Assembly (NCBI GenBank): GCA_001179505.1
Contig: CDMY01000603.1
Coordinates: 124,001-188,000 of the forward strand
Length of the DNA stretch: 64,000 nucleotides
Direction of reading: 5' to 3'
Origin: Vitrella brassicaformis CCMP3155
Taxonomy: Eukaryota; Protista; Chromerida
Shown: piece after piece, positions 12,278-25,100 of the stretch
How positions within the stretch are numbered: position 1 is the first letter of the stretch
Layout of the letters: every line of letters begins with the position of its first letter
Position numbers and translations under genes: made by a program
Notes under the pieces: generated by a model
The model's database searches: none
Told to the model about the DNA's origin: nothing
Seen by the model: only the letters and a program-made list of their open reading frames with translations

Positions 12278-14756
12278 CTAGAGGGAAGGAGAAAGATATG
12301 GGCACGGAGCAGCCGGGTCGGACGACTCCGGCAGCACAAATCGGGGCTTTGCAACTGTGCGACTGACTGCGCGCTGGATAGACACGGAGAAAAATGGCAG
12401 CCATGAGAAAATGCTGCACACACGATCACACAGACAGAGAGACATGCAATAGCACGTCGGGGACATTAAACAGTTCGCCTGACCAGAAGATGGCGACCAG
12501 GAACAAGGTCAGTACTCTGCGGCGCACAACGCCTTTCTCGTGCCTGGAGGATAGCATGGGCAGGTTGTTCCATCTCATCATGACACACATCGCACACATC
12601 TCGAATAGCTGCTCGATAGCCACCAGTAACAACAAACCCATGCCTCCCTCCACAAGCTGCTCCCATGGTGCGCCCGCATAACCTTGGACTGTAAGCACAC
12701 TTAGGTCAGTAAACAGAAGGGCCGTCAAGTCGCAATTGGACCAGATGTGGATTTGGTCACGAGGCCACGTAGGTACCTTTGGAGAAAAGGGTATAAAGAT
12801 ATAGTATCTCTGAGCTTCATGGTGTAGTGTACCATGACTGGCCCAGGGGATACCTTGGAGACACTTCAAGTAAGGTCAAGGCCGACTGCAGCCCTCCGGT
12901 CGGACCGCACCCCAGCTGTGCGCCGCTGAGAGACAGCGCTGCGCTCATAATAGAGCTTTGACGCCTCAGCAGATGGCTATCATTTCTCTCGCTCTCCTGC
13001 CTCTCCATCGCATCATTGTCTCTGCCCATAGGTGGCCCACTTATAGCCTCCTCCTCGGTTGTGGCGCGGGCGATGTTCGTCAGGTGATGACCTGTGGGTG
13101 TTCTTTTCTTGGAGCGAGCCTTGACAAGCCTCTCAGCCCACACATACAGCAGGACCCCTGAAATACACACAAACGGAAACAAGAATAACTGTAGAAGAGT
13201 GCACTTATCTTTCCATGGCCACTGACGCACGTACAGTAGGGGGCTGAGATGTCCGTGATCAGGTCGAAGAGTGACATGAAGACGCTGTGGACCAATTTGC
13301 TACTGAACTTGACGGCCTCGGACTGAAGCATTCTCGGGAAGAGAATGTATACCTGTTGAGAAACCAAATAGGCTACAGCCGAGGTTGTACCTCTGCGGGT
13401 CGACATATCATTTCCTCAGCAATACCATCGCAGGCATCGTGATATGCAGCGAGTTGCATGTTGGGGGCCCCTCCTGAATACACATTTAGTCATGAGAAAA
13501 AAGCCCGCTGTCATTCTGTGGCTGTGTCTCTGTGTCAATTCGTACTTTGAGTGACCGCACGAGCTTGTTGACAAGTCCGATAGGGGGCAAGAGGACGGCT
13601 TGGTAGATGACAGCCATACGTAATCGATCCCCATCAGTAGATGCTGCAGCAGCATACTTTGGCGAAAGGGCGAAGATCCAAATTAGGCCCATTGTGTATG
13701 CCACCGCGAAGGCTGCCGTAGCTTTAATCGTGTACTCTCGTTTGGCCCTCATACCCAGCGACCCCGCAGTGCGACGGAAGTATACACAGACGGCTACATA
13801 TGTCGAGCTCCATATGATCGGAGCAATGATTTTTCTTCTCTCCTGGCTGTAGTCATCGAGCTGATGATCAATCGAGATAACGAGATTGAGCGCCATCATT
13901 GGAAGGAAGAGGACCGACTCCTTCTTCAGCCGCGTCATCATTCTTTGCAGGTCGGTCCCGTCCGTGATGTGTACGGCGATGAGAGGTGTTGCGAGAGCAA
14001 ATATAATGCGGCGGAACACATCAAAGATCTGACACACACACACACACACACACACACACCATAATCCATCTCACCGGCCCGAAGGTGCTCGACGTGCACG
14101 AGTACGCGTAAATCAAAGCAAAGCCAACGAAGATAATGGCGATGGCTAAGTTGGCCGCTAACTGCTGCATTGTGAATATGAAAACGCGTCTCGTAGTCAT
14201 GCAAAGCGGCTCCGGCTGAAACGTGGCACCAACAAGCACTTCGGTCGTGGTGCCGTCGGGGTGGTTAATCGTCTTGTACTCGAGCGTGGTGGGCCACTCT
14301 TCGTGAGCGGCTTCATAGCCCGCCGCCTCCCTGAACAGGCCAGGAGAACCGAGAGACAGTCATTTGTATCTGCATGATCTGCTCTCACGATTCATTCCAG
14401 TACCTGAATTCACCAACCATCGCATCTATAATACGCTCCTCGAGCTCGCGACGCAACAAACGGCCAGAGGACTCTCTGTGCGGGACGCTTGTCTGCCTCG
14501 CTTCATTCAACTTGAATGTCGCGGCTGTGCTCGTGGCTGATGTGAAAGATGCACGTCTTTCATCGTCGCCATGCGTTGTGGCCGTGATGCGGTTTCCTGT
14601 TCCAGCCGCGCTCACTTCAACGTCATGGTGCTGTTCTTGCCACAGGCTGACAGAGGATGAGAGATTGGACGAGAAAGTCGAGAGGGCGGCTGGCTGGTCT
14701 TCGCATTGGTCCCCAGCTGATTGAGGCGGCCTCACAGCCTCTCCTATCGGAATCAT
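12278..14756 (-). CDS. Uncharacterised multi-pass (~10-11 TM) membrane protein, copy 1; possible 1-nt frameshift near 12760
   Basis: Hydrophilic N-terminus followed by many hydrophobic helices. Nearly gap-free alignment to copy 2 (EAAGYEAAHEEWPTTLEYKTINHPDGTTTEVLVGATFQPEPL; EGPPTCNSLHITMPAMVYILFPRMLQSEAVKFSSK). Confidence 0.7.
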
Positions 14757-14890
14757 ACTGAACAGTGCGGAGGATCAAAAGAGGGAGAAGGCCGAGACCC
14801 ATCGGATTTTAGTTGAGGCGAAGTCATGCGGCTTGGGGGCCGCCCCCAGTCCGAGTCTCTCCAGTTTCTCCCAAGGGACAAAAAAACACC
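14757..14890. promoter_or_regulatory. Putative compact bidirectional promoter (134 bp between divergent ATGs)
   Basis: ATG of TM copy 1 at 14756 (-) and ATG of the SH3/IQ gene at 14891 (+). Confidence 0.5.
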
Positions 14891-17800
14891 ATGTCCAGTG
14901 CAGGTGCTGCAGCCATCGACCTTCCAGATGATGACGGATCAAAGTAAGCATTTTTGACATGCACAATCATGGCGCAGAGATTCAAGACGGCACACACGAC
15001 TATTGCGCGTGTGCTCTCCCTCTCAGGCGCTACGTCTGCATATTCGATTTCGAGCCTTCAAAGGTGCGCGGTGCATCTCTTTAAGAGAATGCCAATCGTT
15101 CTCTTCTTATCTCTGGTGTGTTGCAGATTGACTGGCCATTCCCGAAGGCACCACCACTTGCCCTCAGCGTGGGCCAGGTGGTCGAGGTCACCCCTGCAGA
15201 GGACCAAGAAGGAGCCGACCTGCCCGAAACTGCCAGCGGATGGGTGTTCGGCCGGCTTCTCGGCAGCAAATCCAAGAAGGGATACTTCCCGCTCAGCTAT
15301 ACTGCGCCGCTGGCCGAGTATCTACATCTACTGCAAGACTATGAGGGCGATCTGAACAAGCTGCCGCAGCCGCGGGCAGCCACTGCATCGGATGATGGGC
15401 CGCCGGAGGGTCCAGATGAGGCGACACGTGCGCCGAAGCCGGCATTGTTGGACCGGATGGTAGAGAGGCAGGGGACCAGCGATGAGGGGGCGAAGCTGCC
15501 GCCTCTTAGCATCCTTGTGCCCCCCGTCCCTACTAGCCAGAGCCCAGGCAAGAGCCAGATGCTGCGGACTCTGATGGAAGGCATCCGCAAACAAGTGGTA
15601 TGTCAGTGGACGAAAAAAAGACGCGAGGACGGCGCGCACATCCGGGGCTTTCACAATTCTGATTTGTCAGAGTCAAGAGAGTATGGGAGAAAGCCCCCGC
15701 TCCGCAGTGCTCGACCAGCTGGTGAGACTTCTGCGCGCGAGAAGTCATCGTGCGCTCGGCGACACATGTATTTCTTTCTACGTATCCCCATTTGATGCAG
15801 ACGGCTTACGGAGTGATGCCGCCAGACCACGAGCCCGTCACCGAGAACCTGCATGTCCAAACTCAAAAAGTGCAGGAGCTGCTGAACAAGAACTTCCCCG
15901 TATCGTGGCAGCCGGCATGCCTCAAACCACTGTCCACCATCAACGACCTCATCGCCAACCAGACCCGAATGGGCTTCCAGGCGTTGAAGGAGAAGGACAG
16001 GACAGGCGTAGCTGGCGCCAAGCGATCTGATGCCGCAGAGGTGCTGCTCGCAGGGAGCGGGGCTCTGACGCTGGCCGGCGGCAGGCAGAGAATGACGGCG
16101 CCTTACCAGACAGACATGCGGGTGCGGTCCACATCTGTCAGAATGGCAAGGCAAGCACTCAATGGATGGCATGCAAGAAAGCGACGGTCCCGGAGTGCCG
16201 ATCTGTGTATTTGTCTGCGCTTGTGAGACTGCAGAGGCATTATTCCCGCCATGACACGGGACGCGATCAAGAAGGCGGGAATGCTAGGTGCTCGCTGGAC
16301 GCCCATGTTCAGACAGTCCCTGCATGACGCCGTCAACGAAACCTTTCGCATGGGCATGGATCCGTCCATACTCAGCGAAGCGTATCTCTTCGATCCGCAA
16401 TCAAGGTAAAGAAGACCAGAGAAGAACGGAGACTCCATGATATGTCTCTCTTTGCTTGTCAGGGGACGCTTCTGGTCGATTCACGCGAACGACGTCGGCG
16501 GCGACTTTTGGTTCAGCCTGTTGCGTACGAAGCGTCACATATTCTACATGACGCTGGACTTCCAGGACATAACCATGATCCACCCGGAGGCATGGCTGTA
16601 CCCCGAGACGCAGACACATGTGGTGCCGCAGTTGCTGCCCTCGCAAGCCAGCAGGAGCACCAAAGAGGCGATGGAGGCCAAGCCACTTCTTCTGCCTGAC
16701 CGCGTGCTGCTCGAGAGTTTCGTCGACCCACTGCACGGCTGGCTCAAACAGGTACATTCGTAGCGGCCCATAGAGACAAAGGCTGGCTGACACTGTTTGT
16801 GTGTTGCGCTACAGCATCCTGTGAACACCGATGAGTCGATGCAGGACAGCCCGTTTGCCTACTACATTAGAAACAGGTGAGGTAAGTGCAACCAGACACA
16901 GGCACACGCAGCCAGAGAGGGTCGAGTGGCGAAGTGAGGGTTGTCTGTCTCTGGGTGGCAGGCAGCTCCCCCCTCCGACTGAGAAGACTGTCATCGAAGG
17001 CGTCCAGATCATCACAGAAAAGCTGCCCCAATGGGCCAAGATCACCGAGAAACACACCAGTGTCTCGGCACCGCCGATCGAAGCAGCGGTACGACAAATC
17101 AAATGACAAGGGTCCAAAGCACGTGTCCGCCGCTTTCCCTTGCCGCCAGGAGGAAGCCGAAGTCCCTGCGGCAGCATCAGTAGAAGAGGCTGTCGTTGAA
17201 GGTGAAGCCGAAGAAGCCCCGCCAGCGGTGGATGATGCAGGGATGGGGGACGACTCTCAGTGGAGAGACGTCAAGACTTTGCCGAAGGTCAAGACACTGC
17301 CACGAGGCGGACGCACAAGTCTGTGTTCTACCCTCATTTGTCCAGGATCGCGTGGAGCCCGACATGTTGCGTCTCGGCACGGTGGCCACCACACTCAAGG
17401 GATATCTCGCCTTACGGATCTTCCTCAGGAACAGAGGTGAGAAACGACGTCCGATCACTCGCCCAAAGCGCCATGTAGTGGTTCGTGCCCATCTGTCTTG
17501 GCAGCGTCGCCTGACCTTGGCCGAGGCATGTGTCTCCCCTACACACCCAAGATGGTCAAGGCGATGGCGGTGCAACTTGGACTGGGACTGCTGGGGACAG
17601 TCAAATCGACAGCATACGGGAGCCGGTCGTCAGCTGCAGTTGCTGGAGCTGCTGAGGCCCCGAGTGCTGCGTCTGGCGTGCCTCGGATGCCTGTGTATCA
17701 CTACTACTGGTTTGCTGCCTTTGCTCTGCGGTACCCGTTGCCCACCGATTGGGATCTGGTGGTGATAAACGAGGTGCGGCACTATGTGTATCTTCCCACC

Positions 17801-20800
17801 GGACACACACAGGTGAGTCAGTCAATCAATCAATCAATCGACAATCCACACACAGCCCAGCGACCGTCCCCTGTCCGTGTGTCAGCTACTTCACCCTCTT
17901 CTGCCGTCGCTGAAGGAGATGCTGTCAGATTTGATAGAGAACGAGATCATGTGGGACCACCGCGGGTCGCTCAAGGTGGCATGCAACGAGTGTGGCGTAC
18001 ACGACGCCGTCGTGTGGTGTCAGCAGTGCACCGACTACTTCTGCTCCACGTGTTTCCTCAACGTACACGGACACTCCAAGAGAGGCAAGAAACACACGCC
18101 CACACCGATACCCGGATGCAGGTCAATAGACAAACAGACCGAGAACGGGACGACAAGAGAGTTGTCTACTTGCTGTGTCTCTGTGAGTCAGGTATTTGAC
18201 TGAGTACGAGATCGACAGGCTTGGGCCATATATCCCCCTGGTTGACGTCGGCTCGTACAACCGCGCACGATTCCTATCCAGAGACGCATCAGCAGACAAG
18301 GTGACACGAGAGAAAGGAGCTCGTCACTCATTCTTGGCGAAAGTTGTGTCTCCGCCTGCAGGAGAGCTGCAACTGTCAGTGGCTGTCGTTTCCCGCTGAG
18401 GTATTTGGCGTGATGCTGCAAAGCCTCCCGCCAAGCAACTTCATCCTCAAACACGCCAGCCCACCGAGGCTGCCCACTGGCGCCAAACACTTCTATTACC
18501 ACTTCGGACACGACGTTGTCACCGATGACGTCAATGTATGCAGCTGGTCTGATCTATGCCATGGATGCGCACATGGTTGTGTACGTGTGTCTCATTCATG
18601 TAGATAATCTCGCGTGACTTTGCGGAGCATCGTATGTTGCTCAAGCTGCAGAAGGCCATGCGAGGCTACCTCAGTCGGAAGACGATAAGGAGGCGGCACG
18701 CCGCAGCGACGACCATCCAGAGCACGTGGAAGATGGTGCAGTGCCGCAAGCTCTTCGGCAAGGACGGCGGCGTCGGTCGCGTCATCTATCGGTGGTACAG
18801 AAGGTGGCGCGCGAGGTATCATCAGCGGCGACTCGCGCGGGCTGTCACCAAATTCCAGGCCAGGCTGCGTGGCTGGTTCCATCGGAGAGACCTGCAGCAT
18901 CACTCCGCTGCCGCTCGACAGATACAGGCAGGCAGAGACATGACGTGAGATGATGTCTACTGAGGTACATTCGCAGCCACCTGTCTGCTTCAGTCCCTTG
19001 TCCGCGGCCACTTGTGTCGGAAGCAGGGGAAGAGACGTCTCAATGCAGCCCTCACCATCCAGCGGGCCTACCGAGGCTTCGATGCCCGTGCCTACCTCGC
19101 GTACCAGCACGACTGCGCCACGTACATCCAGGCCTCGTGGAAGAGAGCGCGAGAGCTTCGTACCTACCAGTCTAAGCGGCGGGCGGCATCCTTGATCCAA
19201 AGCTGCACCAGAGGGCACCTGTGGCGCGAGGAACTCAAGAGAAGGAGCGATGCTGCACACCACATTCAGGTGCGGTAAGGGTGGCTCCACTCTGCACACG
19301 CACACAGCGAAATGTATTGCTCGGTCTATTCAGATGGTATGGCGTCAGCACAGCGCGAGAGCAACGGTACGATCGATCAAAGATGCGGATCGGCTGGCCG
19401 CGGAGGATCAATTGGATAGACGGCGGAGGTGAGGCAACACCATCGAAGTGTAAGGCAGTCATGTCTCTGTCCCGCCATTCAATGCAGAGGCAGACTGCAG
19501 GACCGAGCAGCGTCCAGCATTCAGCGCAACATCCGTCGCTTCCTGCAGCTTCAGCGGTTTATCCGGCTGCGAAAGGACGAGCTCGAGTGGGAGATACAAA
19601 TGCCGACGAGCCCATGGATTGGATCCATCATCATCGGAGCCTCTGACCTATGGCACCCCATCCACAAGTGGGGCCGCTTTCTCCCCGCAGATGCTCTCAA
19701 CCTCTCTCTCCAGCTGAAAAAGATCCTCCAGTCGACAGTCGCTCTCTTTCCCTACCCAAACCCACGAGTGAAAAGCCGGAGGAGAGCGGAGACTGGGCTG
19801 TCAGCAAATGAAGCGGCTGACCTCGATACTGATACGGATCCCGCGGCGTCTGTGTTTTCGATGATCATGAAGCACGTGCTGAGCCACATCCCTACTGACT
19901 TCTATCCCAAGGCAGCGGTGCGAGCCTCTCAACAGCTCTGTCACGTCACTAGGTAGACGCAATATATTGGCCACAGATATGGGCACCTCTTTGTCTTGAC
20001 AACCCTCAGCGCGTTGTTGGGTCAGCCGCCTTTGCCGTGGCAGGACATCCCACTGGGGACCGCAAGCGGCAAGAAGCCTCCGAAAAAGGACGAACCCTTC
20101 CTCACATTCGCTGAGACACAAGAGTGAGCTCACCGTACGATTCATCCTGGGAGGCCATGCCGTCGTTTGTATCTTGTCAGGACATGCGGCAGCCGACTGG
20201 ATCACGCCATTCAATTCACGCAGGAGAATCTCATCATTCTTGTGACGCGAATGAGCATGCACAACAAGAGGCTGTCATCTCGGCGGCGCATGAGTGTTGG
20301 GAAGAAGTCGAGAACCATCCTTGCACCATCTCTTCTTCAAACATTCGAGCGTCTCGAAAGCACGATCTTGTCTGCCGTGCTCCTGATCCTGGCGAGATAC
20401 TTCCTGGACAAGCGAGACCTGTCACCTGACGACACGCTCGCCTTCCACGTGAGACACGCGCACAACACGGGCCAACTGACACGTCACAACGACCGTCTGT
20501 CCGTCTCTTGTTGGCACAGGGCGTGGATCATGACCGTGGGAGCCAGCTGATGGACCTGATCGGCAAGGAGCTGGGTGTGGACATGCCGGCAGAGTGGGTC
20601 AGAAAGGATGGCACCATCACCAATCTCTCGACGCACATTGCAAGCTTCGTCAAGGGAGGCGGGGACGAACAGAAAGACTCACAAGAAGCCGACCAGGTGG
20701 GAGAGACAAATTCGTATGGACAAGCATATCGGCATGCTCCCAGTTTCATTCGCAGACTGGGGAGACTTTCATGACGGAGGTGCCAGAGGCGACGACAACT

Positions 20801-22060
20801 CCCAAGGATATCTTCCTTGGCCTGTTGGAGACTCAGATCGACCTCCGGGCGCTGCTCAATCCACCCGCAGACGCCAAGGCAGTCGTGTCTCCTCCCAGGG
20901 CCAGCCGCGTTGGCAGCTTTAGAACACAGGACGCGATAGCCGTCATGAAGGAGGTTGCTTCGGCGATGAGAGCGCAAGCCGAGCAGGCTGTCTTGCAGAC
21001 GAAGACCGAGGCCAAACCGGCGTCCCTCAAGGAAGTGTCGGAGGCGACCCGCCAAAGGTGAGAGACTACGCGCCCCAGTGACACAACGAAGAAAAGCATC
21101 GGGTTTCTACCAGGCGAGTGAGGGAGACCAACAGGACAGCGCTCCTGAGCAAGACCTCAATGGTTGGCCAGCCCTCCTCTGCATCATCAAAGCATATTGC
21201 AATCTAGTTTTGTGTGCGCTGGTGCTGGTCTCAGAGCCTGGACAAGGGAGCCAAGATGAATCAGCGGCTGGCAACCGTGTCCTCTCTATGTCAGCGGCTC
21301 TTTGGGCTCGCCTACCGCTCTAAGTTCGATCACGCGCCGTTCGTCCAGGCAGTGGTGCTCAGCCACCTTGTCATTCGAGCCCTCCTTATGCGTGTTGTGT
21401 ACAATCGGGCGGCGCAGACCATCCAAGTTGTCTTCAGGTGGGAGGAAACCCATGCAGAGGTGTCGCTGTCTTGTCGTGCTGTTCAGGTACCATCGCAAGC
21501 GTAAGGTTGAGATGCGTCTGCTCCGCCCCACAATCTGCATACAGAAATGCGTAAGGTGAGCTGACAAATGGGACACACATATGCATGTACACGTGGTCTC
21601 TTCACTCGAACCTCTCTCGACGGCTGAATCGCTGGTTGACGCAGGTCCTTGATCCAGTGCACACGTTTGGCGGACCGCCACGCAGCCGCAACACTGATAC
21701 AAAGAAACTGGAGGGCCGTCCGCTCAAGGTTCGTCTAGGGAACACACACATCACATCACGATCAATCACTCGACCATCCTATCTTATTTTTGTCACAGGA
21801 GGCGCAACCTTTATTTCAAGCAATGTGTCACGTTCATACAAGCCGTGTGGCGTGGCGCACTGCAGAGAAAGTGGATCGCAGATCACGTTGAGGCGGCCAA
21901 GGAGAGGAGGACGTTCGGTGGCGGCCTTCAGCTCGTCTATGCGTCCGTGACCATCCAGCGGCATTTCCGCGGCCATCTTGTCAGAAGTGTCTTCAAAGCA
22001 GAAGGGCGAGACAGCATCCGAAAGATCCTGGCAAGCCACAAAACGCCACTCATCGCTTAG
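14891..22060 (+). CDS. Large SH3 + CEP164-type WW + B-box zinc finger + multiple IQ-motif protein, many exons
   Basis: SH3: RYVCIFDFEPSKIDWPFPKAPPLALSVGQVVEV...GWVFGR...GYFPLSY. WW module: WFAAFALRYPLPTDW...HYVYLPTGHTQLLHP. B-box: CNECGVHDAVVWCQQCTDYFCSTCFLNVH. More than 10 IQ motifs (LQKAMRGYLSR, FQARLRGWFHR, IQRAYRGFDAR, IQRHFRGHLVR). In-frame TAG at 22058-22060. Confidence 0.75.
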
Positions 22061-22177
22061 GTTGCAAGCAGAGCTTTTCTCTTTGTGATGATTGTGTGGC
22101 TACAGTCGTCTGTGCATGTGGTGAATAAGTCCATTGGAGCTTGCATCGGAAGCATTCCCATTTCCATACCTGCGTCC

Positions 22178-25100
22178 ATGCCCGACGAAGCTCCGACTGA
22201 CGGCGTGTCCTTCCAGACCATCGTCTCCTCCCAGCCCATCCCAGCCTCGCTTATCGCCAAGCTAACACCGCTCCTCATCGAGAGAGCTTCGCAGATCGCG
22301 ACCTTCAGGCTTCAACTGAGAGCCAGTCGGAGCGAGTACCTGCGCAGCCTTGTCTACAAGAGGATCGCTAGAAAGAAGCCGGTACCTCAGATGAGTTCGA
22401 GCTCTCATTCGAGCAATGGAAATGGCGATCAGCCGAGCGAGCGGAGAGACGTCTCACACCAGCCGAGAAGTCCGCTCGAGCGGTGGTTGCGGTCGAGCAT
22501 CCTGCAAAACCCTCTGCGCCGTGTCGCTACGACAGAGGTCGAGGCTCTGCAGCCGCTCACGGTGGAGTCCTTCCTGCTCAAGAGCATTGATGTAGGTGAA
22601 GAGAACGCTGCGTGCCAGAGCTTTCGTTTAAATTGTGGCGCTTGGTCAAAAACAGGCCGGCCACACTTGTATGAAGGTCGAGAGGGGCAGCGAGAGAGCT
22701 GCAGTCATCGAGGGGCTCGACACCAGCGCACTGCCGGTTGCATGTCGCAGAGGGGCCACCATCCGACAACAGCGGACGGTGATCGAGGCAGCTGGTAAGG
22801 AGGATGAGGAAGCGGACAGGGGAGCCGCGCCAGCAATGACACAGATCGACATCGACAAGCCACTGGAGTCGATCATAGGCCGAGAATCTGAGGCTGCAGA
22901 GATTCCCGAAAACGCAGCTGCAGACGTGAATCTCCTTCAGACATATTGCAACTGTAAGTCCAGCTCAACCGAGACATACCCCCGGATCCCATGTCTCACC
23001 GTCTTGTGTCTGCGTCAGGGCTCAACGGCTTTAGGGACAGCATGGGACCATCTCTCGGCCCTGAGCTGGCCCATCGCACCGTACATGTCGGGAAGCCAAG
23101 GCGACTTACGTCCGTCTACAGTGCAACAGTTCCCACACAAAACACCTACCACATCAAGACCATCTTCCTGGGTAAAATAATGGCGGCGGTCAGACGAGAC
23201 GCCATTGCTGCCCTTATTATGTCTTTGTTCAGCTGCGGCCCTGAGCGATGAGCACTATGGTACATTGATCACCCGGCTGTCAGCTGACAAAGATAACACC
23301 GCTGCCATGAGAGACAAGGCGGAGTCCCTGGACAGCTACATCGCCCACCTCTTCATCATGCAATCGGGTGCCCATGACACCGTGGCAGCTGGCGGCCTGC
23401 ATGCGGTGCCCAGGATTGTCCGCCTGTTCCTGCCCAAGTTTGTCGTCCCCTCGCTCGAGAACCTTGGACGGCTCTTCGAGGCAAAAATGCGGAAGGAAGC
23501 GGACGATCCCTCTCGCCTGCTGAGCGCACGGTGGCAGACCTGCGCGGCGATCCTCTCCTGCTGCTGGCGCCACCTTTTTGCGCACACACATCAGCGGCTG
23601 ACGGCGAAAGTCCGGGGCCCTGCCAGAGGACTGCCATCTCTCGCCATCCCCTTTCTGTTCTCTGCGCTGAGCCGCCATTTGCAGCAGATCATCACGGACC
23701 TGACGCTGGTGCTATGGGAACTGGGGCGCAACTTCTACACCACGAAATATTCCAAGTACCGAGGACTGAAGTCGCGCATCCCTTTGTCTGCGAAAATGAA
23801 GCTCGTGCTGGACGTGCTGGGCGGGAAATGGGGCGTGGGGGTGATGCCATTTGGTGAGACAAACGGACAGGCCGACGGCAGGTCTTGTCGGTCGGTGCGA
23901 GTGCCGGACCCCACGAGCCACACGGGCGAAGACAGCGGCCTGACGCTGAGTGACTTCTTGCAGCAGATGAGCTACCTTTTCCTCTGCAAGGACGCACTGC
24001 AACACGGGATCGACTTCGCCGATAAGTGGAAGCAGGCCCATCTGCGAAGGAAGGCGATGACCGGCCAGCACAGTGGCGCCAGTCTACCAACGTCGCCAGC
24101 GGCAAGAGGAAGACACCACCCACCGGACAATGCCGCGATCGACTCCTTCATGGACGTCACAACAGAGGTGCGAAAGACCATACATGCACGTGTCTCTGTG
24201 GATTGGGCCATACGTACGTTATGCCCTGCAGGACAAGCGGCGTGACGATGAGCTTTCCTGTCTCATGTCGTATCTTTCCGACGTCTTTGCATGGCTCGGT
24301 GAGAGACGGCAGGGCACGAGGTCCGCACTGGCAGTGAGTCTTGTGGTTCTCTTGGCGCTGCGGAGAGGCCTGCAGCCCCTTCTGAAGAGCAGAACCAAAC
24401 AAGACATGGAGAGGTCAGCCACCAGCAGTGTCCGGGTGTCATTGTTTCCTTCATGGTCTGCATGATGGTGCTTGCAGGATCAGGAAGAGTCACGCCATCA
24501 AGGGCCAGCTCCCGCCGCCGGACGAGCAAGAGGACTTCCGCAAGCTCGTCGCCTCCAACGCATCGCTCCCACAGCAGCCCGCACCACCCATGGAGGAGGG
24601 AGCGGAGGATACGTTCCGAGTCGCTCGAGCAGCACAGAGACCGTCAGCGGCGGTGTCACCCGACAGCGAAGCTGTTGACCCGTACGCTTCTGTCCTGACA
24701 CCAACAACCATGCCGCTGCTCCGCCGACTGCAAGCCTTCATGCGCGGGGCATTACTGAGAAGGAGGCGAAACAAGGGCCTCAGGCTGGCGAATCAGTACT
24801 GCAAGGCTCTCGGGTGGCCCAGCGCACACGAGCCACCACCAGCCATGGTGGCAGTGCAGCCTCTTGAGGCTGCCGCTGCTGCTGAGGTCCCGACGAGCCT
24901 CGCCAAGCAGCTGACCAGGCTGATTTCATATGGTCCTGCTCGTGTGGAGGGAGCTGAAAAGCGGGACCTCCTTCCGGCCGGAACAAGAGGCCTCGAGGCA
25001 ATAGCAGAGGTACTTGACTGTTCATGCATGTGTGGGAGGCATCACAAAACGGACCTGCTCTGCTCTCGTGTGTGGAGGATGTTTCGTCAGGGGCCTGCGC

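Noticed and set aside
14029-14059. A 31-nt intron made only of (GT)14CAG with no branch-point A
   Set aside because: A stronger in-phase donor (CCG|gtgaga at 14074) gives a normal 46-nt intron containing adenosines. The pure-repeat version is unnecessary without RNA evidence.
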